Below are positions 16,700 to 25,949 of a stretch of DNA of 39,519 nt, one piece after another. The notes below the pieces were generated by a model that worked only from the letters and a program-made list of their open reading frames with translations, was not told the DNA's origin and did not search any database. The DNA lies in the UHGV virus genome UHGV-0148166; one strand, written 5' to 3'. The number at the start of each line of letters is the position of its first letter. Within the stretch, counting starts at the first letter, position 1. The DNA comes from a virus. Both the position numbers and the translations under genes were made by a program.

Positions 16700-17415
16700 A
16701 AAAATATTTTACTATCTATAAAACTGAAATATTAAATTTAAAGACTGGCGTTAAGAAATATTATTATGGTCGACATATAACTAATAATATCAATGATTCG
16801 TATGTTGGTAGTGGAAATTATATAGAACGTGTAAAAGTGTCAAATGACCACATATTATCAAAAACGGTTTTAGAAGTTTTTGATAATTATGATAAAATGG
16901 TACAAGCTGAAATATTATATATCATGGCAGGTAAATTGAAATATGGAAAAAACTGTGTTAACCTGTCATACGGGGGTGAAGGAGGAAAGGTTGCAGATGA
17001 AACTAGAATAAAATGCAAAAAGCATTCTATAAATTTATGGAAAAATCCTAATCATATACAGCATATGAAGAAAAAGATGAAAGAGGTCACATCCACGCCG
17101 GAAGCTAAATTAAACACTTCAATAAAAACTTCGCAACGATATAAGGACCCGGTTTTTGTTAGAAAAGTTAGTAATATTATTAAAAAGAAACTAAGCAATC
17201 CTGCAGTAAAAGAAAAGCATATTAATGGAATTAAAGCTGCAAAGCGTTCTCATTTAACTATATGGCAGTATGAAGATGAATTATTCGAGCTTTGGAAAGA
17301 AACTAAATGTGGATGGAGAAAATTTACAAAGGAAGCTATAAAACACGGATATCCAAATGAACCGTATCGTAGTATGGTATCAACTTTTCAGAAAAGACAT
17401 TTAGAAGAATCCTAA
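16696..17415 (+). CDS. GIY-YIG homing endonuclease (Seg-like)
   Basis: YYYG...YVGSG GIY-YIG motif, GGEGG motif shared with the SegB-like ORF, NUMOD-like repeats, AT-rich. Confidence 0.7.
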   Translation: MKKYFTIYKTEILNLKTGVKKYYYGRHITNNINDSYVGSGNYIERVKVSNDHILSKTVLEVFDNYDKMVQAEILYIMAGKLKYGKNCVNLSYGGEGGKVADETRIKCKKHSINLWKNPNHIQHMKKKMKEVTSTPEAKLNTSIKTSQRYKDPVFVRKVSNIIKKKLSNPAVKEKHINGIKAAKRSHLTIWQYEDELFELWKETKCGWRKFTKEAIKHGYPNEPYRSMVSTFQKRHLEES

Positions 17416-17494
17416 GACAAAAAGGCAGTTCAGAAATAGATTATATGGACTGCCATTAAAAAGATGACTAGAATTAAACTGGTAAATGGAGGTA

Positions 17495-17800
17495 ATGATG
17501 TTATACTCAAAGGCTCGTGAAATTTACGAAACTAAGATTAAAGAAGCTGTACTTCAATTCGCAACAACGATGCGCTGGACAAATGATTGGGAATATTCAA
17601 AAAATCATAAGAAGCCCATGGTGACAAGAAAGGCACATATGTTAGTGTTAATAGACCGTGAGCAGATTAAAGCCCGAGAAGCCCTCCAGAATCATAAAAA
17701 GGCTGCCTTTGAATGGTTTATGGATAACACTGCTCCTGAGACTAAGAAAGCAGTGAGCGCTTGGTTCAGTGGAAAAAATTGTGAAAGAAGTTTCTTTTAG
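17495..17800 (+). CDS. Hypothetical protein (about 101 aa)
   Basis: GGAGG RBS before ATG ATG. Confidence 0.5.
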   Translation: MMLYSKAREIYETKIKEAVLQFATTMRWTNDWEYSKNHKKPMVTRKAHMLVLIDREQIKAREALQNHKKAAFEWFMDNTAPETKKAVSAWFSGKNCERSFF

Positions 17801-17803
17801 TTG

Positions 17804-17832
17804 TTTACAAGACTGTTCCTCTGTGGTACTAT
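17804..17832 (+). promoter_or_regulatory. T4-type early promoter
   Basis: -35 TTTACA, 17-bp spacer, TGG-TACTAT. Confidence 0.6.
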
Positions 17833-17860
17833 ACAACTATCAACTACGGAGGAACACAAA

Positions 17861-18388
17861 ATGAACGCTAAAGATATTTTCAACCTGGTAAATTACAACG
17901 ATGGTAAATTTAAATCAGAAGCACAAAGCAAGTTCTTTAATGACATCTCAATCGGAGGTGAAATCACGGTTGATGGAGGACAAATTTACAAATCCCGTTG
18001 GAATTGGATCGTTATTATTGATGAGATTGGTATTGTAGAAATTTACAAGAATACGAATAAAAATCGTACATTACACTGGTCTCGTGATACTAACGAACAG
18101 TACAAAAAGGATAAAGCATCTAAATTATCTCGTGTAACTCAAGAAGATATTGAGTTCATCAAGAAAGATATTTTGATGTATGATAACTTAATTGCTGAAG
18201 AGCAAGCTGTTATTGATAAATTTGACGAGATTAAAGCTTCTCGTGAAATTCCTGATTTTATGAAAGAATCAGTAAATGAACGATACACTCTCATTTCAGA
18301 GCGTATTGAAACTTACAAAAAGCAAAGAGCTGAACGCCAAAATACTCTTCGGAAGTTTGAAGAACGGTTAAAGACGGTACTCGCATAA
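17861..18388 (+). CDS. Hypothetical protein (175 aa) with charged helical C-terminal half
   Basis: ACGGAGGAA RBS before ATG 17861. Confidence 0.6.
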   Translation: MNAKDIFNLVNYNDGKFKSEAQSKFFNDISIGGEITVDGGQIYKSRWNWIVIIDEIGIVEIYKNTNKNRTLHWSRDTNEQYKKDKASKLSRVTQEDIEFIKKDILMYDNLIAEEQAVIDKFDEIKASREIPDFMKESVNERYTLISERIETYKKQRAERQNTLRKFEERLKTVLA

Positions 18389-18414
18389 CCGCTTTATACC
18401 AAGGATGGTATAAT
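18389..18414 (+). promoter_or_regulatory. Candidate T4 middle promoter (MotA box + -10)
   Basis: CGCTTTA about 30 nt upstream of putative +1, TATAAT at 18409-18414. Confidence 0.4.
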
Positions 18415-18443
18415 GGTTCTAAGCCCTTTTAATTGAGATTATT

Positions 18444-18851
18444 ATGAAACAGTTGATAATTAAAAGATTGAATTTATTGATATGTTGTTTATGTGTAGTA
18501 GTTGCATATGGTTATTACGCAATTAATGATTATATGCATTATAAAGATTATGATGTTACTGTAGTTAATACCCTTACAGGAACTCAAGGAAAAGGGTCTA
18601 GTTTATCGTTTATTGCCGTGTATGAACTCAAAGATGGTTATAGATTTAGCGAATATATTTCACCAGAGATGTATTCTTCAATAGAAAAAGGCGATAATAT
18701 TACTGTAAGTTTACGTCCTTTCGACGTAAAACAGACATGGTTTAATAATATTGTTTGGTTCTTTGGAATGGCATTAGTTCAATCTGTGTGTGGTGCTTAT
18801 ATAGTCTGTTCCATCTTATTCTGTATATTTAGTAAAATTGAAATTGAGTGA
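18444..18851 (+). CDS. Membrane protein with N- and C-terminal TM helices (135 aa)
   Basis: Hydrophobic segments at both ends. Confidence 0.55.
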   Translation: MKQLIIKRLNLLICCLCVVVAYGYYAINDYMHYKDYDVTVVNTLTGTQGKGSSLSFIAVYELKDGYRFSEYISPEMYSSIEKGDNITVSLRPFDVKQTWFNNIVWFFGMALVQSVCGAYIVCSILFCIFSKIEIE

Positions 18852-18858
18852 GGAAAAT

Positions 18859-19746
18859 ATGTCAGTAGTAATTAATAATGTCAATGCAGTAATTAAATCT
18901 TTAGTTAATAAAAAATTGAATGAATGGACTGTACTTCGTCGCGGAGAGCCAGATAAATTTTTTCATAGATTTAACCCAACTTTGGATTTGAATGTTATTG
19001 ACAGAGATGTTCATGCAGAAATTTTAGATAAGTTTAAAGTTGATATTGGATTTGGATTAGATAAACATTTGCAGCGAACAAACGGGTCTGGAATGGGTTT
19101 ATCTAATCGCATCATGAAAGCCCTTAATAAAATTGGAGCGTTGTCTCGTATTAATGCGAGTGAAATCCTTCGCAATTATAATAAAGGATATGACCTTTAT
19201 GGTCGACTAATGCCGAAATTGTCATTCGATCAAATGATTGCGGATTTATGGGAAAATCAACGACGATTATTAGCATTAGGTGCTCGATTAGCTAAAGGTC
19301 TAGATAAACAAATGATTTTTAAAACTAATAATACAGAAGACCTTAAATGCTTTAAATTTAGTATTCGCGGAGATGATTATTACATCAGAGCTCGCTCTAC
19401 TGATTATGTTAATATGGGGCATCATCTCTGTTTAGCTTTTGAAGTTTTAAAAGAAGCCGGAACACTAGAATATGTGTCTGGTGCTAAATGCCCGATTGGT
19501 TCAAATTGTATTTTAATTTATCGCCCGGATGAATCCAGTTCAACTAAATTGCCTACAAAACCTGTACCAGTTCGTAGTAACGAAAAACATTCTGAACAAA
19601 TTGATTATTTTAATAAACAGATTGAAGAGCTGAATATTTCTATTCAACAATATGATGATGAAATTTTCAGACTATCTGGATTGAGTAGTAAAGCTAAATC
19701 TGAGCGTGAAAAGTTAATTAAAATTGTTGATTTACTTAAATCTTAA
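18859..19746 (+). CDS. Hypothetical protein with C-terminal coiled coil, family member P1 (295 aa)
   Basis: GAGGAAAATATG; last about 45 aa heptad-like. Confidence 0.6.
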   Translation: MSVVINNVNAVIKSLVNKKLNEWTVLRRGEPDKFFHRFNPTLDLNVIDRDVHAEILDKFKVDIGFGLDKHLQRTNGSGMGLSNRIMKALNKIGALSRINASEILRNYNKGYDLYGRLMPKLSFDQMIADLWENQRRLLALGARLAKGLDKQMIFKTNNTEDLKCFKFSIRGDDYYIRARSTDYVNMGHHLCLAFEVLKEAGTLEYVSGAKCPIGSNCILIYRPDESSSTKLPTKPVPVRSNEKHSEQIDYFNKQIEELNISIQQYDDEIFRLSGLSSKAKSEREKLIKIVDLLKS

Positions 19747-19754
19747 GGAACACC

Positions 19755-20774
19755 ATGAAAACTCGTTCTCAAATTGAAGATATGGTTCGTAATGCCAGTT
19801 ATACTCGTGATGTTATGACATTTTTGTGCCAAAATAATTTAGACCCTGATAGAGTTAATAGTTCCATTCACTTTAAGTATATGAATAGCAGTGAATGGCT
19901 GCGACATTTTGATAAAGCTGGATATATTACGCAAATGACTGCTCGCGAACAGCTCACCGATTTCTGTAAAACTATTGATTATAAAAATCCTCTATTTGTT
20001 CAAGGCGTTGGTCAGAGTAAGGTTGATTTATCAACAGGATTTTTTAATCCAAATCATTACCGTCTTGAATGGAGATTTATTGCTCTATTCCGTAAACAAT
20101 TAAAGCAAATTTTGTCGACGGCTAGTCGATTAAAAGGTTCTGACATTAACTTAAAGAACCTGAAATTTGATGGTTATACTCTTCAGATGGAAGTAAGACC
20201 ATTAAAAGAAAATAATAGAACTGCGCGAATTAGCTTTAAACCTAATACAAAAAATTCTCTTTCAATTTGTGAATGCCTTAAATCGCAGTTGACAGAAGCA
20301 TTTAAGTATATGGATGTTGTTGCCGCTGTTCATTCTAAGATTTTACCTCGTTTTGAGCGAAATTGGGAACATACAACAACATATGAACTTGATATGGTCG
20401 TTTCATTTAAATACGATTTTTTGAGAGAGGACGAAGTCCCGCAAGAGAAAAAGCAAGAAGTGCAAGATAACTTAAATTTATCTAATTGCTCATCAAACGA
20501 TCCTAAATTTTGGATGTATAGCTCAGGTAATAAAGATGCATGGAAATTCAATAAAGTGAATTTTCTTCCTATTGAAAATCCGAGTCTTAAACCTGTTGAA
20601 AAATGGCACGCGGATGCGATTGAGAAGTCTATCAAGGCAGTAGATGATGAACTCGTTAAAGCAACTAATGAAGTGCTAGAAGCTGAAAAGATGCTAGAAA
20701 AAGCTCAAGAAAAAGTCAAAAATCTCACGAAGCAACGTTCTAAATTGAACAATGCACTAAATGCACTGAACTAG
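19755..20774 (+). CDS. Hypothetical protein with C-terminal coiled coil, family member P2 (339 aa)
   Basis: AAGGAACACC RBS; internal motif FRKQLKQILSTASRL; coiled-coil tail. Confidence 0.6.
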   Translation: MKTRSQIEDMVRNASYTRDVMTFLCQNNLDPDRVNSSIHFKYMNSSEWLRHFDKAGYITQMTAREQLTDFCKTIDYKNPLFVQGVGQSKVDLSTGFFNPNHYRLEWRFIALFRKQLKQILSTASRLKGSDINLKNLKFDGYTLQMEVRPLKENNRTARISFKPNTKNSLSICECLKSQLTEAFKYMDVVAAVHSKILPRFERNWEHTTTYELDMVVSFKYDFLREDEVPQEKKQEVQDNLNLSNCSSNDPKFWMYSSGNKDAWKFNKVNFLPIENPSLKPVEKWHADAIEKSIKAVDDELVKATNEVLEAEKMLEKAQEKVKNLTKQRSKLNNALNALN

Positions 20775-20803
20775 TTTACTTTGCCACAAGGATGTGGTAT
20801 AAT
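20775..20803 (+). promoter_or_regulatory. T4-type early promoter
   Basis: -35 TTTACT, 17-bp spacer, TGG-TATAAT. Confidence 0.6.
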
Positions 20804-20831
20804 GTTCTTACTTTCTACTGAGGAGATTAAT

Positions 20832-21833
20832 ATGACTCGTAACGAATATATCAAATCATTCAATAGCGTTATTGATGATAAAGTTAAACCTATGTCTAGT
20901 CAGAATAGTGTTCTTTCTATTATCAATCAGTGGCTCAACAATACTGATGCAAGTATTGTTTCTTCCAGCAAATTTATTCATGAAGTTCATAAAATTTCTA
21001 GTCGTGTAGATAAAGATGATATTAAGGAAACCTTTAAAGGTTCTCGTCTTCTTTCATATTTAGTTAATCAGGATATTCTTGGTAAATTTGGGAAAGAAAT
21101 TAAACGAACTAAAGATGTAGTAGGATATAATTGGTTCGGTGATGTTAATTCTTATCATCTTAATATTAAAGAAGACCCTGAGAATATTTTTACTCGTCGT
21201 TGGATTAGTAATTTCAGACTTTTCAAAAAGCAAATTCTAAAATCAGCTTCTAAATTATGTTATGGCGATTATCGTCAAATTCATCCTTTGGCTTCTGATA
21301 TGATTATCATAAAAGAATATGAACTTGATAAAAATAAAGCAGCTATTTTTGTGAATTATGAATTTTTTACACCAGAAGCTAATCAAAAGAACATTAATAA
21401 ATTTTTCTCAATTGCTAGTGATACAACTCGTCAGTTAGAGACTGCATTACTTTGTATGGAAACGGTAGAAAATATTCATACTTATCCTTTTAAGAATATA
21501 TGCGGTTGGGAAGGATATAAAATTGTAGTTAGTCTTCGTGAAGTAAAGTGTGCGTACTCACCGACTGATAAAGAAATTTACCAACAAAAATGTGATGAAA
21601 TTGTGAATACTCCTAAAGAAGAAACTACCCTTGAGGAACTAATGGATAATCTTGATGATTCACCTGAACCGGTAGAAATTCGTCCAGAAGTTATTGCATT
21701 AGAAAAAGCTTATAAAGAAGTTCTAGAAATTTCTAATAAAGCACAGAAAGAATATGAGCAGGCTAAAAGGATTTGGGAAGAATCTGTTAATCGCCTGGAT
21801 CGTCTTGAACAAGCTTTACAGTTAATTAAGTAA
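20832..21833 (+). CDS. Hypothetical protein with C-terminal coiled coil, family member P3 (333 aa)
   Basis: GAGGAG RBS; internal motif FKKQILKSASKL; coiled-coil tail. Confidence 0.6.
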   Translation: MTRNEYIKSFNSVIDDKVKPMSSQNSVLSIINQWLNNTDASIVSSSKFIHEVHKISSRVDKDDIKETFKGSRLLSYLVNQDILGKFGKEIKRTKDVVGYNWFGDVNSYHLNIKEDPENIFTRRWISNFRLFKKQILKSASKLCYGDYRQIHPLASDMIIIKEYELDKNKAAIFVNYEFFTPEANQKNINKFFSIASDTTRQLETALLCMETVENIHTYPFKNICGWEGYKIVVSLREVKCAYSPTDKEIYQQKCDEIVNTPKEETTLEELMDNLDDSPEPVEIRPEVIALEKAYKEVLEISNKAQKEYEQAKRIWEESVNRLDRLEQALQLIK

Positions 21834-21887
21834 AATTTAAAGCCAAGGATGGCTCGGAGTATAAACCATTAACCAAGTGAGAAGAAC

Positions 21888-22817
21888 ATGAAAACTCGTA
21901 AACATTATATTGATTATTTTGACAGTCTTATTACTAAACATCGTGATTATCAGATAGGACACAGAGCAGTAATCAATAATATTCTTCGTGATTTCCTTCA
22001 GTATGTTGGCCAGGAAAATCATATCTGTAAAGATACTCAGAACGCTTATTCTCATTCGTTAGGCAATTTACTTGAATGGTTTAAACGTTCTCGTATGTTA
22101 TCTTCTACTGTAGCTAGCGATAACATTAAAAACTTTATGAAGCCGAGATTCATTAAAACTGCGACATCTATAACCGATTTGGTTGAATTTACTATTGTTA
22201 ACGATGTTAAAAAGACCCATTTGGCTGATTGGTTATCTACCATTCCCGAAACTAAATTTGCTGATAAATTCGCTTGTCAATTCAATGACCAAGTGAATAT
22301 GCTTTTTAAGCATGCTCGTAAACTATTTACCGCGGGCGATGACCGTACAAATACAGTTCATGTTAAGGATTGGGTTATTGCTGATGAAGTAACACACAAG
22401 CCAGGTGGTTCATCAGTATTAATTAATATCCAGGTTCCTTATTATTACTCACGTAATCTCGGCACCATGACAGCTAGAGAAATTAATAAGCACAACAAAA
22501 TTATTCGTTCGTTGTCTTATAAACTCTGCACGATGGTGGAGATGATGGACGTAGTGGAAATGTATGATGAAACCGAAGATAATGGTTCAATGTTATACAG
22601 TTCACGCATTCTAATTAAACTGAAGAACCCTAATACGTATAAGCCAGTTGTAAAAGAACCTAAAGTAGAAAAGGTTGATAACTTGAGCGAAGAACGTGAA
22701 TATCTCAATGCTCGTTTGATTGAAGTTGAAGCCCAAATTGAAGAACACACCAAATTGTTAAAAGCTCTTAATGCAAAAGCAAATGGTTTACGTAATGCTA
22801 TTGAGGTATTGAAATGA
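21888..22817 (+). CDS. Hypothetical protein with C-terminal coiled coil, family member P4 (309 aa)
   Basis: GAGAAGAAC RBS; coiled-coil tail. Confidence 0.6.
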   Translation: MKTRKHYIDYFDSLITKHRDYQIGHRAVINNILRDFLQYVGQENHICKDTQNAYSHSLGNLLEWFKRSRMLSSTVASDNIKNFMKPRFIKTATSITDLVEFTIVNDVKKTHLADWLSTIPETKFADKFACQFNDQVNMLFKHARKLFTAGDDRTNTVHVKDWVIADEVTHKPGGSSVLINIQVPYYYSRNLGTMTAREINKHNKIIRSLSYKLCTMVEMMDVVEMYDETEDNGSMLYSSRILIKLKNPNTYKPVVKEPKVEKVDNLSEEREYLNARLIEVEAQIEEHTKLLKALNAKANGLRNAIEVLK

Positions 22818-23128
22818 AAAAGCGTCTATTAGAAGACATTGCAGCTTCAAGTAATTCTAGTCTAATTAAAATTATTATGGCTGGTGAAGAAGACAATTTG
22901 GAAATGCGTGGAAAGATTTATGGTTGTGATGATTATAGCCCTCCTGTTAATTGGGATTCTGTAATGGTCATGGTTGAACGTCGTGAAAGGGCTTCTAAAA
23001 ACGTTCCTAATTGCCCTGAATGTGGAACTGAACAGGTTCAATTGATTCATTGGCAGACTAGTATTCTTCGTTATAAATGTCGCCATTGTAAACACCGATT
23101 TGACCGAGAAGAAAATGACAAAGCGTAA
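22814..23128 (+). CDS. Zinc-ribbon protein (104 aa)
   Basis: CPECG...CRHCKH two CxxC pairs. Confidence 0.55.
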
Positions 23129-23357
23129 AGAATATATGGAGACTGCTGAAAAGGCAGTCCGTGAATTAGCAATAGCTTATTATAATGAACATGGTAAATT
23201 TCCTGATAGATACAGCGTGCTTAAATCTGCTTTAACTCGTTCATATAAAAATATGCTATCAGAAGTAAGTGATATTATATACAAACATAAAGAACAAACG
23301 GGCCAAAGTCTTGATTACGACGAGACTTTTAAACAAGTACTAGGAATTAAGGAATAA
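23115..23357 (+). CDS. Hypothetical small protein (80 aa)
   Basis: ATG after GAGAAGAAA; track start is TTG. Confidence 0.5.
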
Positions 23358-23358
23358 T

Positions 23359-23622
23359 ATGTTTAAAGTATATGGTTATGATAGCAACATCCATAAATGT
23401 GTGTATTGTGATAATGCAAAACGTCTTTTGACTGTGAAGAAACAGCCGTTTGAATTTATCAACATTATGCCGGAAAAAGGTGTTTTTGATGATGAGAAAA
23501 TTGCTGAGCTTCTGACTAAACTGGGTCGTGATACTCAAATTGGCTTGACGATGCCTCAGGTATTTGCTCCTGATGGAAGTCATATTGGTGGATTTGATCA
23601 ATTGCGGGAATACTTTAAATGA
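23359..23622 (+). CDS. nrdC: Glutaredoxin/thioredoxin NrdC
   Basis: 87 aa, active-site CVYC, matches T4 NrdC as recalled. Confidence 0.9.
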   Translation: MFKVYGYDSNIHKCVYCDNAKRLLTVKKQPFEFINIMPEKGVFDDEKIAELLTKLGRDTQIGLTMPQVFAPDGSHIGGFDQLREYFK

Positions 23623-23834
23623 TGCTCGAAGGAACTGACTATATTCATGATTACCGCGGAAGCGCGGTATATGTAGGTGATGAAGTTGCAGTTTATTATG
23701 GGTATGGAACTTTGATGACAGCCAAGGTTATTCAAATTAAAAATAATCGTGCTAAACTCGAAGTTTATTATTCTAATGGTGAAAAGTCTATTTCTAAGTG
23801 GAAATACGGTGATTGCATGGTCAAACTGGGGTAA
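23619..23834 (+). CDS. Hypothetical small protein (71 aa)
   Basis: ATGA overlap with nrdC. Confidence 0.5.
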   Translation: MMLEGTDYIHDYRGSAVYVGDEVAVYYGYGTLMTAKVIQIKNNRAKLEVYYSNGEKSISKWKYGDCMVKLG

Positions 23835-23836
23835 AT

Positions 23837-24007
23837 ATGATATACGATATTAGTGCAGCAAGAGCTCCATCAATGGTTACTATTCCTGTTGAAGAATTAG
23901 ATCGTCTTCATAAAATTGAAGAACTTCTTTGGGAAATTGAATGTGACCTGCCATCAGGATTAGAATCCTGGGTTGATTATGAAGAACTTAATAAGCTTCG
24001 GGGTTAA
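23837..24007 (+). CDS. Hypothetical small acidic protein (56 aa)
   Basis: In-frame ATG within track ORF 23813-24007. Confidence 0.4.
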   Translation: MIYDISAARAPSMVTIPVEELDRLHKIEELLWEIECDLPSGLESWVDYEELNKLRG

Positions 24008-24129
24008 ACCTTGGTGGGCGGCTAGATGGGAAACTGTAGAGCCAGAGCCGGAAGAACCGGTTTACACTGATGAAGAAACAGTATATAATGAACCAACGAT
24101 AAATGACTTAATTGATATGGAGATGGGAC

Positions 24130-24615
24130 ATGATTACAGTAGATAAGTGGTTTAGAATTAATCGTGCTGATACAGGGCTATGTAATTACTGGCCGGAACT
24201 TAGTGCAGGTACTGTCTTTAAAGTTCGTGAACTTGCAAAAGAATGTGAAGATGATATAGAACCTGATACTGGAATTATTGAAATTGAACTTTCCGACGGA
24301 AAGATTATTAACATCTACGATAAGCCAATTACGTATTGGTGCTTGTGGAATACTGAATCAGTCGAAAATGGCGAAATTGAAGAAGTTGTAGAGAGAACTA
24401 GCCAAGATGTTCAGAAGCCTAAAGCCGCTTTTCAAGGTGAACGTATTTCATACGCATTAGCTAAATTAGCTGCGCAAGAAAATAACGATGGCTATGAAGG
24501 TAACCTGATGCAAGCTGCCGCAGAGTACATTGAATGGCTTGAAACTCAAATTTCTTTTTCTGACCAAATGATTCGGCAATATAAGCGATTGCATCGAATG
24601 TTTTACAATACTTGA
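24130..24615 (+). CDS. pin: Pin-like protein (host protease inhibitor position)
   Basis: 161 aa from first ATG with GGAGATGGGA RBS; position between nrdC and gene 49 as in T4. Confidence 0.55.
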   Translation: MITVDKWFRINRADTGLCNYWPELSAGTVFKVRELAKECEDDIEPDTGIIEIELSDGKIINIYDKPITYWCLWNTESVENGEIEEVVERTSQDVQKPKAAFQGERISYALAKLAAQENNDGYEGNLMQAAAEYIEWLETQISFSDQMIRQYKRLHRMFYNT

Positions 24616-24657
24616 AAATAATAAATACCCTTATCTATTTAAGGTAAGGGTTTTATT

Positions 24658-25131
24658 ATGTTATTGACTGGCAAATTATATAAAGAAGAAAAACAGAAAT
24701 TTTATGATGCACAAAACGGTAAATGCTTAATTTGCCAACGAGAACTAAATCCTGATGTTCAAGCTAATCATCTTGATCATGACCATGAATTAAATGGACC
24801 GAAAGCTGGAAAGGTACGTGGATTGCTTTGTAATCTTTGTAATGCAGCAGAAGGTCAAATGAAACATAAATTTAATCGTTCTGGCTTAAAGGGACAAGGC
24901 GTTGATTATCTTGAATGGCTAGAAAATTTACTTACTTATTTAAAATCCGATTACACCCAAAATAATATTCACCCTAACTTTGTTGGAGATAAATCAAAGG
25001 AATTTTCTCGTTTAGGAAAAGAGGAAATGATGGCCGAGATGCTTCAAAGTGGATTTGAATATAATGAATCTGACACCAAAACACAATTAATAGCTTCATT
25101 TAAGAAGCAGCTTAGAAAGAGTTTAAAATGA
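24658..25131 (+). CDS. 49: Endonuclease VII (Holliday-junction resolvase, gene 49)
   Basis: 157 aa; Zn-binding CLIC...C..C and HDHE motif; sequence as recalled for T4 gp49. Confidence 0.9.
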   Translation: MLLTGKLYKEEKQKFYDAQNGKCLICQRELNPDVQANHLDHDHELNGPKAGKVRGLLCNLCNAAEGQMKHKFNRSGLKGQGVDYLEWLENLLTYLKSDYTQNNIHPNFVGDKSKEFSRLGKEEMMAEMLQSGFEYNESDTKTQLIASFKKQLRKSLK

Positions 25132-25949
25132 ATGTAGTATATAAACTATCATTTATTAATAGAATTAATGCTAAAACCCCACCATATTATTACATTGGAA
25201 GTAAAACCAATTGCACTTTTGATGGAACGAATATTATTGATAAAAATGGTAAATTTTATTATTCGTCTTCGTCATCTTCTGAATTTCAAAAAGCCTTATT
25301 GAAAGAAACGCCGAAAGTTGAAATATTATATTTTCAATTAGTCGGAGATGAACAAATAACTAGCATTGAAGCTGAATTTCAAAAGAATATAGAAAAAGAT
25401 GTATGGAATAAAGAGTATTTTAATTTAGCATATGCTGATGGCAAATTTACGACATATGGTATTTCTCCTTCTAAAGAAACTAGAGAAAAGCAATCAATAA
25501 CCATGATTAAAAGAAATCGTAATAAAGGCAAAAATCATGGATTTTATGGAAAGCATCATACTAATTTAGCTAGAAAGAAAATATCAGAAGCTTCTAAAAA
25601 ATACTGGAAAGAAAATCCACATCGTGGATTTTCGCATACAAAGGAAGCTAAAATTAAAATTGGAATTTCATCTTCTATCAGGCATAAAGGAAGTGGAAAT
25701 CCGATGTATGGTGTAAAACCTTGGAAAACTCCGAGCGCAATTAAATCTGGTACTTGTATATTATGGTTAAAATACGCAGAAATTTTATATGATTATTTAA
25801 GTCCAGATTTTAAAAGTAAATCATCTATTTTTGCGGATTTAAACTTACCGAAATTTAGAATTGATAATTTCATCAAAAGGTTTAAAATGGGTTGGAACCC
25901 ATATTTAGACGAAGAATTTCAAAAGGATAAATTAGAATTATGTCTTTAG
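25128..25949 (+). CDS. GIY-YIG homing endonuclease (Seg-like, 273 aa)
   Basis: VVYKLSF...YYIGSK motif, NUMOD-like repeats, AT-rich; N-terminus paralogous to terminal ORF 39243. Confidence 0.75.
   Translation: MNVVYKLSFINRINAKTPPYYYIGSKTNCTFDGTNIIDKNGKFYYSSSSSSEFQKALLKETPKVEILYFQLVGDEQITSIEAEFQKNIEKDVWNKEYFNLAYADGKFTTYGISPSKETREKQSITMIKRNRNKGKNHGFYGKHHTNLARKKISEASKKYWKENPHRGFSHTKEAKIKIGISSSIRHKGSGNPMYGVKPWKTPSAIKSGTCILWLKYAEILYDYLSPDFKSKSSIFADLNLPKFRIDNFIKRFKMGWNPYLDEEFQKDKLELCL

Noticed and set aside
23979-24146. Small ORF overlapping the end of ORF 23837-24007 and the start of pin
   Set aside because: Overlaps two flanking ORFs in different frames and has weak RBS support; at most one of these overlapping calls is likely real.
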